Source: an uncultured Planctomycetaceae bacterium (GTDB lineage: Bacteria > Planctomycetota > Phycisphaerae > SM23-33). From it: a DNA stretch of 64,000 bases. Every line of letters starts with the position of its first letter. Within the stretch, counting starts at the first letter, position 1. This document shows, piece by piece, positions 56,786 to 64,000 of the stretch. The stretch is from positions 25,046 through 89,045 of the forward strand of contig CAYNYF010000002.1 of assembly GCA_964401385.1 (NCBI GenBank). The letters are read 5' to 3'. Under the pieces are notes generated by a model. It was not told where the DNA came from. It ran no database searches and worked only from the letters and a program-made list of their open reading frames with translations. A program made the translations under genes and the position numbers.

Positions 56786-57398
56786 GGCCCGCGGCCGGGT
56801 CTGTCCGATAGCGCGGCGCAGGGACGCGTCGTGGGCACGAGCCTGCTCCGGGTCGTGCCAAGAAGGTCAGGAAGACCGAAATGGCGTTTCAAGCGGCAAG
56901 GGCAGGGCAGCCGCCGCCGGTGCGGCCGCCCGTCACCCGTACCCGGCAAAGGCCAATCCGCACGATCGGCCTCCGCCCGCCAGGGGGGATCCCCAAGAAT
57001 CTCGAGTCCGTCGGCCTGGCTGCCGGCCGGTCAACGGGGCAAAAACCGCCCCGCGGCCGCTCGCCTCATCCCGGCCGTGAGGATCGCGCAGGAAGATATA
57101 AACCCTGTGTTTGCAAGTGGAAAGGGCATTATGCTGGGGCAAGGCTGTGTCCCGCGAGCAAGTTTTGCGCTTTTTTGAAGCGATTTGGCCTTGACTCCTC
57201 TTGGAGGGTTAGGAAGAATAAGTATTCTAAAGAGTCTGTAGAATATAGGCAAAATGGCCGATCTGAATGGAATGTTGATGGTGCAGGTCGGTTGCCTGCT
57301 GGGGGCGATCTGACAGGCCGAGAGGCCGAGGTCGTCGCCGGCCGGGTTTGCCGGCAGCGGTCCACGCGGTACTGAGCGGCAAGGAAGGAGCTCCGATC

Positions 57399-58181
57399 AT
57401 GCGTGCTACTGCGGTCGTTGATGCCGGGACGGTGCACCAGTGGTGGCGGCAATTCTCCCGGGCCCACACTGACAAGATGCGGAACAGGTTGATAGAGCAC
57501 TACTTGCCCATTGTCCGTTACACCGCCGACCGGCTGTACAGCAAGCTGCCGGATGAGGTGGAACTGGACGACCTGATCTCGGCCGGCACCTTCGGGCTGG
57601 TGGACGCCATCAACGCCTTCGACCTGACCCGCGGAGTGAAGTTCGAGACCTACTGCGCCCAGCGGATCCGCGGGGCGATCCTGGACGAGCTGCGGAGTAT
57701 GGACTGGGTGCCCCGGCTGGTCCGCAGCCGGGCCCACAAGGTCGAGGCCGCCCGCAGCGCCCTGGAGATGAACCTGGAGCGCAGGCCAACCGACCAGGAG
57801 CTGGCCAAAAAGCTCCGGATCAGCCTGAGGGAGTTCCGCAAGCTCCAGCGCGACGCCCGGGCGGTGGGGCTGGTCAGCCTGTCCAGGAAGTTCTTCGAGA
57901 CCGATTCCAGCCGCGACGTCCGCGAGATCGACCTGCTGGAGGACAAGCGCAGCGAGGACCCCTTCGCCCAGTTCCAGAGCAAGGACATCAAGGAGTGGAT
58001 CACGCGCGGGCTCAGCCGGGCCGAGCGGCTCATCATCATCCTGTACTACTTTGAAGAGATGACGATGAAGGAGATCGGGCAGACGCTGGCGCTGTCGGAG
58101 TCGCGCGTCTCGCAGATGCACTCGGCCATCATGGAGCGGCTGAAGGATCACCTCAGCGGGCGGAAGGAGGTCCACGCCTAA
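57399..58181 (+). CDS. fliA: RNA polymerase sigma factor FliA/WhiG (sigma-28) family
   Basis: ATG at 57399 preceded by AAGGAAGGAG. Regions 2, 3 and 4 recognisable (LIEHYLPIVRYTADRLY, DLISAGTFGLVDAINAFD, GVKFETYCAQRIRGAILDELR, LSRAERLIIILYYFEEMTMKEIGQTLALSESRVSQMHS). Confidence 0.8.
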   Translation: MRATAVVDAGTVHQWWRQFSRAHTDKMRNRLIEHYLPIVRYTADRLYSKLPDEVELDDLISAGTFGLVDAINAFDLTRGVKFETYCAQRIRGAILDELRSMDWVPRLVRSRAHKVEAARSALEMNLERRPTDQELAKKLRISLREFRKLQRDARAVGLVSLSRKFFETDSSRDVREIDLLEDKRSEDPFAQFQSKDIKEWITRGLSRAERLIIILYYFEEMTMKEIGQTLALSESRVSQMHSAIMERLKDHLSGRKEVHA

Positions 58182-58211
58182 GGGGCGAGCACGGCGCCAA
58201 GCGTTGGCGCG

Positions 58212-59231
58212 CTACTTGGCCGGCCGGCTGGTGGGGCGGGCGCACCGGCGGACGTGCTCGGCCCATTGGTTCTCGAGCGTGGAGAAGTCCGTTTTCAGCG
58301 TTTGGGTGATGATGGAGTAGGGGGACTTTCCCCGGTTGAAGGCGGCCACCACTTCGGGCAGCTTGTCGGCATAGCGCAGTCGGAGCAGCTCGATCAGCGT
58401 TCCCGCCTGCCAGTAGTCCTTTGGCTCGATTCTCGGCAGCGACATCAGCCGCTTCAGCGGCAGCATCCTGCCGGCCGCCATCCAGCGGGCAAAGTCGCGG
58501 CGGTTGCCGGAATCGGGGAAGAAGTGCAACTGCACGGCCGTGGCGACACCCTCGGTGAGCCAGTTGCCGTCGTTCCGCAGGCGGTGACGCTGATACAGCC
58601 ACACGTGGGCGAACTCGTGGCAGATGACCGACCTGCGGGCGGCGAACTTTTCGGCGCTGTCGTAGCTGGTGGCGCAGAACACGCGGTAGGAATAGCCCTG
58701 GGTGCGAATGGCCCCGAACCGCCCGCGGTAATACGCCGCCACCCGCCGCCACAGTGCCTGGTAGTCGGCGGCGGCGGCGTAGATGGCGACGGCGACGGGG
58801 CGGGCCCGCGCCGGCGGAGCGGAGGCGGGCCTCGTCGTGCCGGCCTGCTTCTGGCCGGCCGGGGGCCATCCCGCACGCAGGTATCTCTCTACCTTCCTAA
58901 GATGGGCGAAGACGGCCGCACCGTCCACCGCGGCGTCGGTCCAGAGGATGAGTCCGTCGGCCCGGAACGTCTTCACGCCGCCCGAGGCGGCTTGCGGAAA
59001 GCAGATCCGGCGCTGGGCGGGCAGGTCGGGGTCGGCCGGGGCGCGCGCCGGCTTCGTGGCCGCGGCCGCAAACGCCGCCGATCCGCTTAGCAGCGCCGCC
59101 GCCAGGGCGACCCGCGCCCGGCCGGGGCCGGGAAGCCGGATCGACCCGGCGCCGGGCCGGCGGGCCGACGCGTACAAATTCTCAAGTGGCAGATTGCCTT
59201 CCGCGGCAGACATCGTAGTTCGCTTCGTCAT
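58212..59231 (-). CDS. Secreted HExxH-x18-E (gluzincin-type) putative metallopeptidase
   Basis: 339 aa. N-terminal signal-like hydrophobic segment; SVICHEFAHVWLYQRHRLRNDGNWLTEGVA, the gluzincin zinc-binding arrangement. Confidence 0.55.
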   Translation of the reverse strand: MTKRTTMSAAEGNLPLENLYASARRPGAGSIRLPGPGRARVALAAALLSGSAAFAAAATKPARAPADPDLPAQRRICFPQAASGGVKTFRADGLILWTDAAVDGAAVFAHLRKVERYLRAGWPPAGQKQAGTTRPASAPPARARPVAVAIYAAAADYQALWRRVAAYYRGRFGAIRTQGYSYRVFCATSYDSAEKFAARRSVICHEFAHVWLYQRHRLRNDGNWLTEGVATAVQLHFFPDSGNRRDFARWMAAGRMLPLKRLMSLPRIEPKDYWQAGTLIELLRLRYADKLPEVVAAFNRGKSPYSIITQTLKTDFSTLENQWAEHVRRCARPTSRPAK

Positions 59232-59309
59232 GAGATGAGCTCGGCGGGGCTTGTTCTTTCGCGAAACCGGCGCCTGCTTGCTTGGCGCGCCCGGCCAGGC
59301 AGCCGCCTG

Positions 59310-60692
59310 CTACTCATCCACCGGCTCGCCCAACAGCCCCTGGACCTCGGAGAGCTTGCTCTCCAGCAGGCGGTTGTCGCTGGCCTCCACGTTCAGCCGC
59401 AGCAGCGGCTCGGTGTTGGACGGGCGGACGTTCAACCACCAGTCGTCGTACTCGATCGTCACCCCGTCCAGGCGGTCCTGCCGGGCGTCGGAGAACCTCT
59501 CGGCCAGCTCGTGCATCTTCTGCTGCTTGTCCGGAACGCGGAAGTTGATCTCGCCGCTCTGGACGTAGCGCTTCAGCGGGGCGATCAGCTCGCTCAGCGG
59601 GCGTTGGGCCAGGGAGACGACCGAGGCGACCACAGCGAAGATGATCGCCCCGGAGTCGGCGTTGAAGTTGTCGCGGAAGTAGAAATGCCCGCTGAGCTCA
59701 CCGCCGAAGACGGCGTGGGTGTCGGCCATGGTTTTCTTCATGAAGGCGTGCCCGACGCGCTCGCGCCGGGGAATGCCGCCGCCGGCGCGGATCTCTTCGG
59801 GGACCACCCGGGAGCTGCGGATGTCGTACAGCACGGTCGAGTCGGGGTGGAGCTGGAGGAAGTGCCTTCCCAGCAGGGCGGTGAGGTGGTCGCAGCGGAC
59901 GATCTGTCCGCGCTCGTCCACGAACATGCAGCGGTCGGCGTCGCCGTCGAAGCAGATGCCGAAGTCGCACTTATCCTCGCGGACGGCCTGGCAGACCTGC
60001 TCCATGGCGACTTCCAGCAGGGGGTTGGGCGGATGGGCGAAGCCCTTGCCGATCTCGAAGTTCAGCGGCAGGATTTCCAGGTCGGTGCCCTTAAAGACGG
60101 CCGGTATCATCCTGCCGGCCATGCCGTTGGAGGCGTCGACGGCGATCCGCAGCCGCCGGGAGAGCTTCAGGAAACCCAGCACGTGCTGGCGGTATGGCTC
60201 CCACAGGTCCATCTTCTGGACCGTGGCGGCGGTCTCGCTCGCCGGCGACCTCCGCAGGGTGGAAACCAGCAGGCGGATCTCCTTCAGCCCGGTGTTCTCC
60301 CCGACCGGGCGGGCCTTCTGCCCGGAGATCTTGAAGCCGTTGTACTCGATCGGGTTGTGGGAGGCGGTGACCTGTATGCCGCCGCAGGCGCCCAGGTGGT
60401 TGATGGCGAAGTACATCATGGGCGTGTCGATCATCTCCAGGTCCACGCAGGACAGCCCGCTGGCGTTGATTCCGGCCATGAGGTCCGCCGCCAGCGGCGC
60501 CCCGTGCGGCCGCATGTCCCTACCGACCACGAGCCGGTTGCCGCTGGCCTGGCCGCGGTCGTATCCGCTTAGCAGGCTGCGGAGGAACTGCCCCGAAGCG
60601 TGCCCGATCTTCCAGGCCAAGTCCTCGTCGATCTCGGTGGGATACACCCCGCGAATGTCGTAGGCCTTGAAAACCTTTTCCAGGTCGCTCAT
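59310..60692 (-). CDS. Phosphomannomutase/phosphoglucomutase (alpha-D-phosphohexomutase family)
   Basis: MSDLEKVFKAYDIRGVY...GIQVTASHNP (phosphoserine loop)...FDGDADR (metal-binding)...GGELSGH. Start trimmed to the ATG at 60690-60692. Confidence 0.85.
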   Translation of the reverse strand: MSDLEKVFKAYDIRGVYPTEIDEDLAWKIGHASGQFLRSLLSGYDRGQASGNRLVVGRDMRPHGAPLAADLMAGINASGLSCVDLEMIDTPMMYFAINHLGACGGIQVTASHNPIEYNGFKISGQKARPVGENTGLKEIRLLVSTLRRSPASETAATVQKMDLWEPYRQHVLGFLKLSRRLRIAVDASNGMAGRMIPAVFKGTDLEILPLNFEIGKGFAHPPNPLLEVAMEQVCQAVREDKCDFGICFDGDADRCMFVDERGQIVRCDHLTALLGRHFLQLHPDSTVLYDIRSSRVVPEEIRAGGGIPRRERVGHAFMKKTMADTHAVFGGELSGHFYFRDNFNADSGAIIFAVVASVVSLAQRPLSELIAPLKRYVQSGEINFRVPDKQQKMHELAERFSDARQDRLDGVTIEYDDWWLNVRPSNTEPLLRLNVEASDNRLLESKLSEVQGLLGEPVDE

Positions 60693-60930
60693 GGCGGAAA
60701 TCCTTCCGGTAGATGCGCCTTCAGAGTAGAGATGAGGGGGCGTGAATGCAATGCCCATGTGGGCGTGGGGATGCCCGCCCTGGCCCGGTCGGCGGCGGGC
60801 CGCCTCCGGCGGGAGCCGCCATTTTCTGATGTCTTTGCCGGGGCTTTGGTGATAAAAGCTAGCGACGGACGTGGCATACGGACGGTGCGGGCGAGAGCCC
60901 GGAAAACCACAGGAACAGAACGACTCAGGG

Positions 60931-62664
60931 ATGACTATGAAGCGCACAATATGGATCGCGTCGGCTTGCGGATGGGTGTGCCTCTGGCTGTCGGGCTGCG
61001 TGATGCCTTCCGAGGTGTCCGAGTCGCTGCTTACGCGCTACCACAGGACGATCCTGGATCGTTCGCCGCAGTGCCGGGCCGGCCGGGAGGGGCTGGACCT
61101 GCTGCGCCCGCTGCCGCAGGACGCGCGCAAGCCGCTGGAGGTCATCCAGGACGACCTGACCGGCGAGAAGGGCGTCCGGCTGTCGCTGGAGCAGGCCATT
61201 CGCATGGCACTGGCCAACAGCCCGGAGATCCGCGTGGTCAGCTTCGATCCGGCCATCTCGCGCGAGGAGATGGTGCAGGCAGCGGCGGCGTTCGACGTGA
61301 TCGTCTTCGCCTCGCTCAGCCGGAGCTGGACGGACCGCCACCAGGCCAGCACCTTCGGCAGCGACCAGACGGACGCCACCGCCGCCGAGGCCGGCCTGGG
61401 CAAGAGGAACGTTTACGGCGGGCAGGCGGAGTTGAAGTGGAGCCTCAGCCGGACCCACGACGACAACGCCTTCCTGACGCTCAACCCGGCTTATGAATCC
61501 ATGATGACGTTCCAGTTGACCCAGCCCTTGCTGCGCATGGCCGGGAAGGACTACAACCTGGCCGCCCTGCGCGTGGCCGAAGTCTCCCGCGACGCCAGCT
61601 ACGCCCAGTTCCGCCTGAAGGTCGAGGAGATCATCTCCCAGGTCGAGCAGATCTACTGGCTCCTGGTCCGCGCCCGCGGCGACATGAGGATCGTGCAGGA
61701 GATCCTCCAGTACGGGCAGGAGACGCTGAAGAAGGTCAGGAGGCGGCTGAACCTGGACGCCAGGGAAAAGCTGGAGCTGGCGCAGACCGTGGCCGCCGTG
61801 GAGCAGCGCCGGGCCGCCCTGATCGAGGCGCGCAAGGCCGTCGCCGACCTGGAGGACTCGCTGGTGAGGCTGCTGGGCGATCCGCAGCTGAACCTGATGA
61901 CGGGCTGCCGCATCGTTCCCAGCGACCGCCAGCCGGAGGTCGCCAAGCTGACCGTGGACCCGGCCGACCAGCTCATCAGCGCCCTGCGCCACAGCCCGGT
62001 GCTGGAGCAGGCCCGGCTGGCCATCCAGAGCACGGAGATCAACGTGCTCGTGGCCAGGAACGAGACGCTGCCGGTGTTGAACTTCGTCGGGTCGGTCGGC
62101 CTTCAGGGCCTCTCCGGCAACCGCGAAAGCGCCATCGAGGACATGAACACCTACAATTTCATGGATTACAGCATCGGCTTGCTGTTCGAGTACCCGCTGG
62201 GCAACCGTGCAGCCAAGGCCGCTTTCCGGCAGCGGCTCCTCGAGCAGGACAAGGCCATGGCCACCATGCAGAACGTGGCCGACCAGCTGGCCGTCGCCGT
62301 CAACGAAGCCATTCGGCAGATGCAGTCAAATCTGGAGGTGATCGCCGCTCAGGACAAGGTCATCCGGGCCCTGAAAGACAACCTCGATGGGCTGGAGTCG
62401 GCCCAGGAACTCAGGGGAGCCGACTACCTGATGCTGCTGGATCAGATGCTGCGGCAGCAGCAGTCGCTGGGCATGGCCAAGCAGACCAAGCTGCGGGCCC
62501 GGACCGACTTCAGGACCGCCCGGGCCAGGCTTACCCAGCTCACCGGCACGACGCTGCAGCAGCACCAGATCAAGCTGATCGCCGAGAGCGTGGCCGGCTA
62601 CCGGCCGGGCCGGGTGCGGACCACCGCGGCGACCACGGTTCCGGCCACGCAGCCGACGCCGTAG
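60931..62664 (+). CDS. TolC-family outer-membrane efflux protein
   Basis: Signal/lipobox-like MKRTIWIASACGWVCLWLSGC; two-repeat alpha-helical/beta-barrel OEP pattern (LSLEQAIRMALANSPEIR... and a second repeat LISALRHSPVLEQARLAIQS...); Q/L-rich C-terminus. Confidence 0.7.
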   Translation: MTMKRTIWIASACGWVCLWLSGCVMPSEVSESLLTRYHRTILDRSPQCRAGREGLDLLRPLPQDARKPLEVIQDDLTGEKGVRLSLEQAIRMALANSPEIRVVSFDPAISREEMVQAAAAFDVIVFASLSRSWTDRHQASTFGSDQTDATAAEAGLGKRNVYGGQAELKWSLSRTHDDNAFLTLNPAYESMMTFQLTQPLLRMAGKDYNLAALRVAEVSRDASYAQFRLKVEEIISQVEQIYWLLVRARGDMRIVQEILQYGQETLKKVRRRLNLDAREKLELAQTVAAVEQRRAALIEARKAVADLEDSLVRLLGDPQLNLMTGCRIVPSDRQPEVAKLTVDPADQLISALRHSPVLEQARLAIQSTEINVLVARNETLPVLNFVGSVGLQGLSGNRESAIEDMNTYNFMDYSIGLLFEYPLGNRAAKAAFRQRLLEQDKAMATMQNVADQLAVAVNEAIRQMQSNLEVIAAQDKVIRALKDNLDGLESAQELRGADYLMLLDQMLRQQQSLGMAKQTKLRARTDFRTARARLTQLTGTTLQQHQIKLIAESVAGYRPGRVRTTAATTVPATQPTP

Positions 62665-62813
62665 CCGGCAGAGGTCAGTCGCCCCGCCCGTCGGACTGGG
62701 CCTTGAGGATCAGTTCCAGCACCTCGCGGGCGGCGGTGAGGCAGGGGTGGCACAACTGGTTGTGGCTGGGCATGTACGTCACGCCGGCGTTGGTCACCGC
62801 CCGGGCGCCGGCC

Positions 62814-64000
62814 TCACGGGCCCAGCAGGTTGCGGAAGAGACGATCCGCCGCCGGGTCGTAGCTCTTGCTGTCCGGGTGGAGCCGGCGCTGGAATTGAAG
62901 CAGGCAGATGAGTAGCTCTCCGCGGCCGACGGGCAGGCTCAACGCCACCGTCTTTCCCGGGTTCTGCACCCACAAGAGCTTTTCGCCTTGGGCGAGGACG
63001 TCGCCCTGGATGGCGCCGCTGGCGATCGTGCCCGGCAGCCCGTTCCAGCGCTTCAGCATCTCCGGGTCGATCCCGCGCAGCAGGCGATGCCGCACGCGCG
63101 GATAAGCAAAGGCGCGGGAAGCGCCCAGCCGTCCCACGCGGAAGTCCGCCAGCTCCTTCCACGGCCAGCCGCGCCGGGTGAGGATCACCACCCGCCCGCC
63201 GGCCCTCGCGAAGTCTAGGACTGCCCTCGCCGCCGGCCGGCCGCCCTCCGGCAGGGCGGCCGCGTCCCAGACCAATACGACGTCCGCCTCGACCTTTCCC
63301 TTCTTCAACGCGGTCGAATAGGCAACACCGTGGGCCTTCAGGTACGCCTTCACTTCCTCGTCGGCGCCGAGGGCCAGGACGTGGCGGCCCTCGAGCCGGC
63401 CTTCCCGTGGGGTAAGCCCGACGGCCCGGAGGACGCGCTGGGAGACGACCGGGCTGTCGCCCTCGCGCCGGACGACCGCCGCCAGGTAGTACCTCCCCTG
63501 TTCTGCCGGCACCTTCCAGCGGATGGGCTTCCGCTGGATCCGACCGGCCTTGAAGAGCCACTCGAAGCTCTGGCGGGAAACGGCCGCCTTCAGCGACGCC
63601 TCGGTCGGCACGAACTGCGGGTCCTTCGGCGTGACGTACACGTCGACCTTGCCGGGCACGTCCTGATGCCTTTCGTTAATCAGCAGCAGGTCAGTCTCGA
63701 CGACCCGCCCCGCGAGAAAGTTGCGATCGAACAGGTCCAGGCTCGCCAGCACCGGGGCCATGGAGCTGTGCAGGGCGGCCGCCATCGGCGTGGGGTAGTC
63801 CTTGCGCCAGTTGTTCCCGCGCAGCCGCGTCCAGCCGGCGTACATGTACGGGAAGATGCCGTCGAAGTCCGCCCTGCGCATGGCCTCGGTGTGCTCCATG
63901 GCGAATTCGGCGAAGGTCAGGCGTTCTGCCGGGTGGTCCGGCCGGCCGAGCCAGCGCGTGGCGTAGGCCTGCCGCGGGCCGAACAGGTTCATGTACTCGG
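62814..64000 (-). CDS. Hypothetical protein, partial (the N-terminus probably lies beyond the right window edge)
   Basis: The ORF stays open to the window edge upstream of the ATG at 63990-63992. No confident domain; a DJ-1/class-I-amidotransferase-like stretch (GGRVVILTRRGWPW) is possible. Confidence 0.45.
   Translation of the reverse strand, partial: EYMNLFGPRQAYATRWLGRPDHPAERLTFAEFAMEHTEAMRRADFDGIFPYMYAGWTRLRGNNWRKDYPTPMAAALHSSMAPVLASLDLFDRNFLAGRVVETDLLLINERHQDVPGKVDVYVTPKDPQFVPTEASLKAAVSRQSFEWLFKAGRIQRKPIRWKVPAEQGRYYLAAVVRREGDSPVVSQRVLRAVGLTPREGRLEGRHVLALGADEEVKAYLKAHGVAYSTALKKGKVEADVVLVWDAAALPEGGRPAARAVLDFARAGGRVVILTRRGWPWKELADFRVGRLGASRAFAYPRVRHRLLRGIDPEMLKRWNGLPGTIASGAIQGDVLAQGEKLLWVQNPGKTVALSLPVGRGELLICLLQFQRRLHPDSKSYDPAADRLFRNLLGP

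Noticed and set aside
57254-57313. 19-codon ORF MADLNGMLMVQVGCLLGAI upstream of fliA as a confident leader peptide
   Set aside because: It has no convincing RBS and is very short. It is kept only as a note inside the fliA-region finding, not as a feature.
62703-62915. 70-aa plus-strand ORF between TolC and the terminal minus-strand gene
   Set aside because: It overlaps the 3' end of the minus-strand ORF in antisense and has a low-complexity translation.
1-64000. CRISPR arrays, restriction-modification or other defence or toxin-antitoxin cassettes
   Set aside because: No regularly spaced direct repeats and no nuclease, helicase or methyltransferase-like ORFs were seen. The only mobile-element trace is the IS701 remnant.

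Overview
High-GC (~65-70%) bacterial chromosomal segment, most likely Planctomycetota given a DUF1559-type prepilin protein, dockerin-like secreted proteins and FliA/FlgM. It is mostly densely packed housekeeping genes. One correction to the ORF track: the left edge is the N-terminal two-thirds of hscA on the minus strand (ATG at 1470, running off the window), which the track missed. This gives a complete minus-strand isc operon iscR-iscS-iscU-iscA-hscB-hscA (4724 down to 1). Other minus-strand genes in the first 20 kb are a HAD hydrolase, a MocA oxidoreductase, lpxD-lpxI and a DUF1559 pseudopilin. Plus-strand genes include a tandem array of three paralogous secreted proteins (6850-11720, discussed below), mnmG, a FlgM-like anti-sigma factor, a two-gene degenerate-receiver/GGDEF module, a STAS protein, rpsU, H+-pyrophosphatase hppA, rsfS, an ArgS-N-domain mini-ORF, argS, and a large dockerin-repeat secreted protein. 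From about 29.4 to 40 kb there is a minus-strand block (HEAT lipoprotein, murI, PHP phosphatase, TPR/HEAT protein, HtrA-like PDZ protein, lgt, panC, a dNK-like kinase, folK, an aminotransferase). After that come ychF, an NRDE protein, a 1448-aa AsmA/TamB-like protein, and a carbohydrate-related stretch (GH130, a membrane protein, a GT28 glycosyltransferase, a truncated IS701-type transposase remnant, a sugar-phosphate isomerase, GH5, a homocysteine methyltransferase). The window ends with a HEAT protein, a MerR-type regulator, fliA, a HExxH protein, phosphomannomutase, TolC and a partial ORF. No rRNA, tRNA or CRISPR was found. Most long ORFs in the six-frame track are GC-skew shadow ORFs antisense to real genes. 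The main points for follow-up are the tandem secreted Cys/His/Asp paralog trio (one copy lacks a signal peptide), an in-frame standalone copy of the ArgS N-terminal tRNA-binding domain directly upstream of argS, and a eukaryote-like CxxC zinc-finger extension on HscB. Lesser points are a duplicated 31-bp promoter/operator unit upstream of iscR, a pseudo-receiver/GGDEF pair, an apparently inactive HtrA-like protein, a lower-GC insertion in hppA, and a recurring TTGAC(G/T)-N16/17-TA(G/T)(A/G)AT promoter pattern. All calls rest on reading the translations and recognising motifs; no database search was possible.
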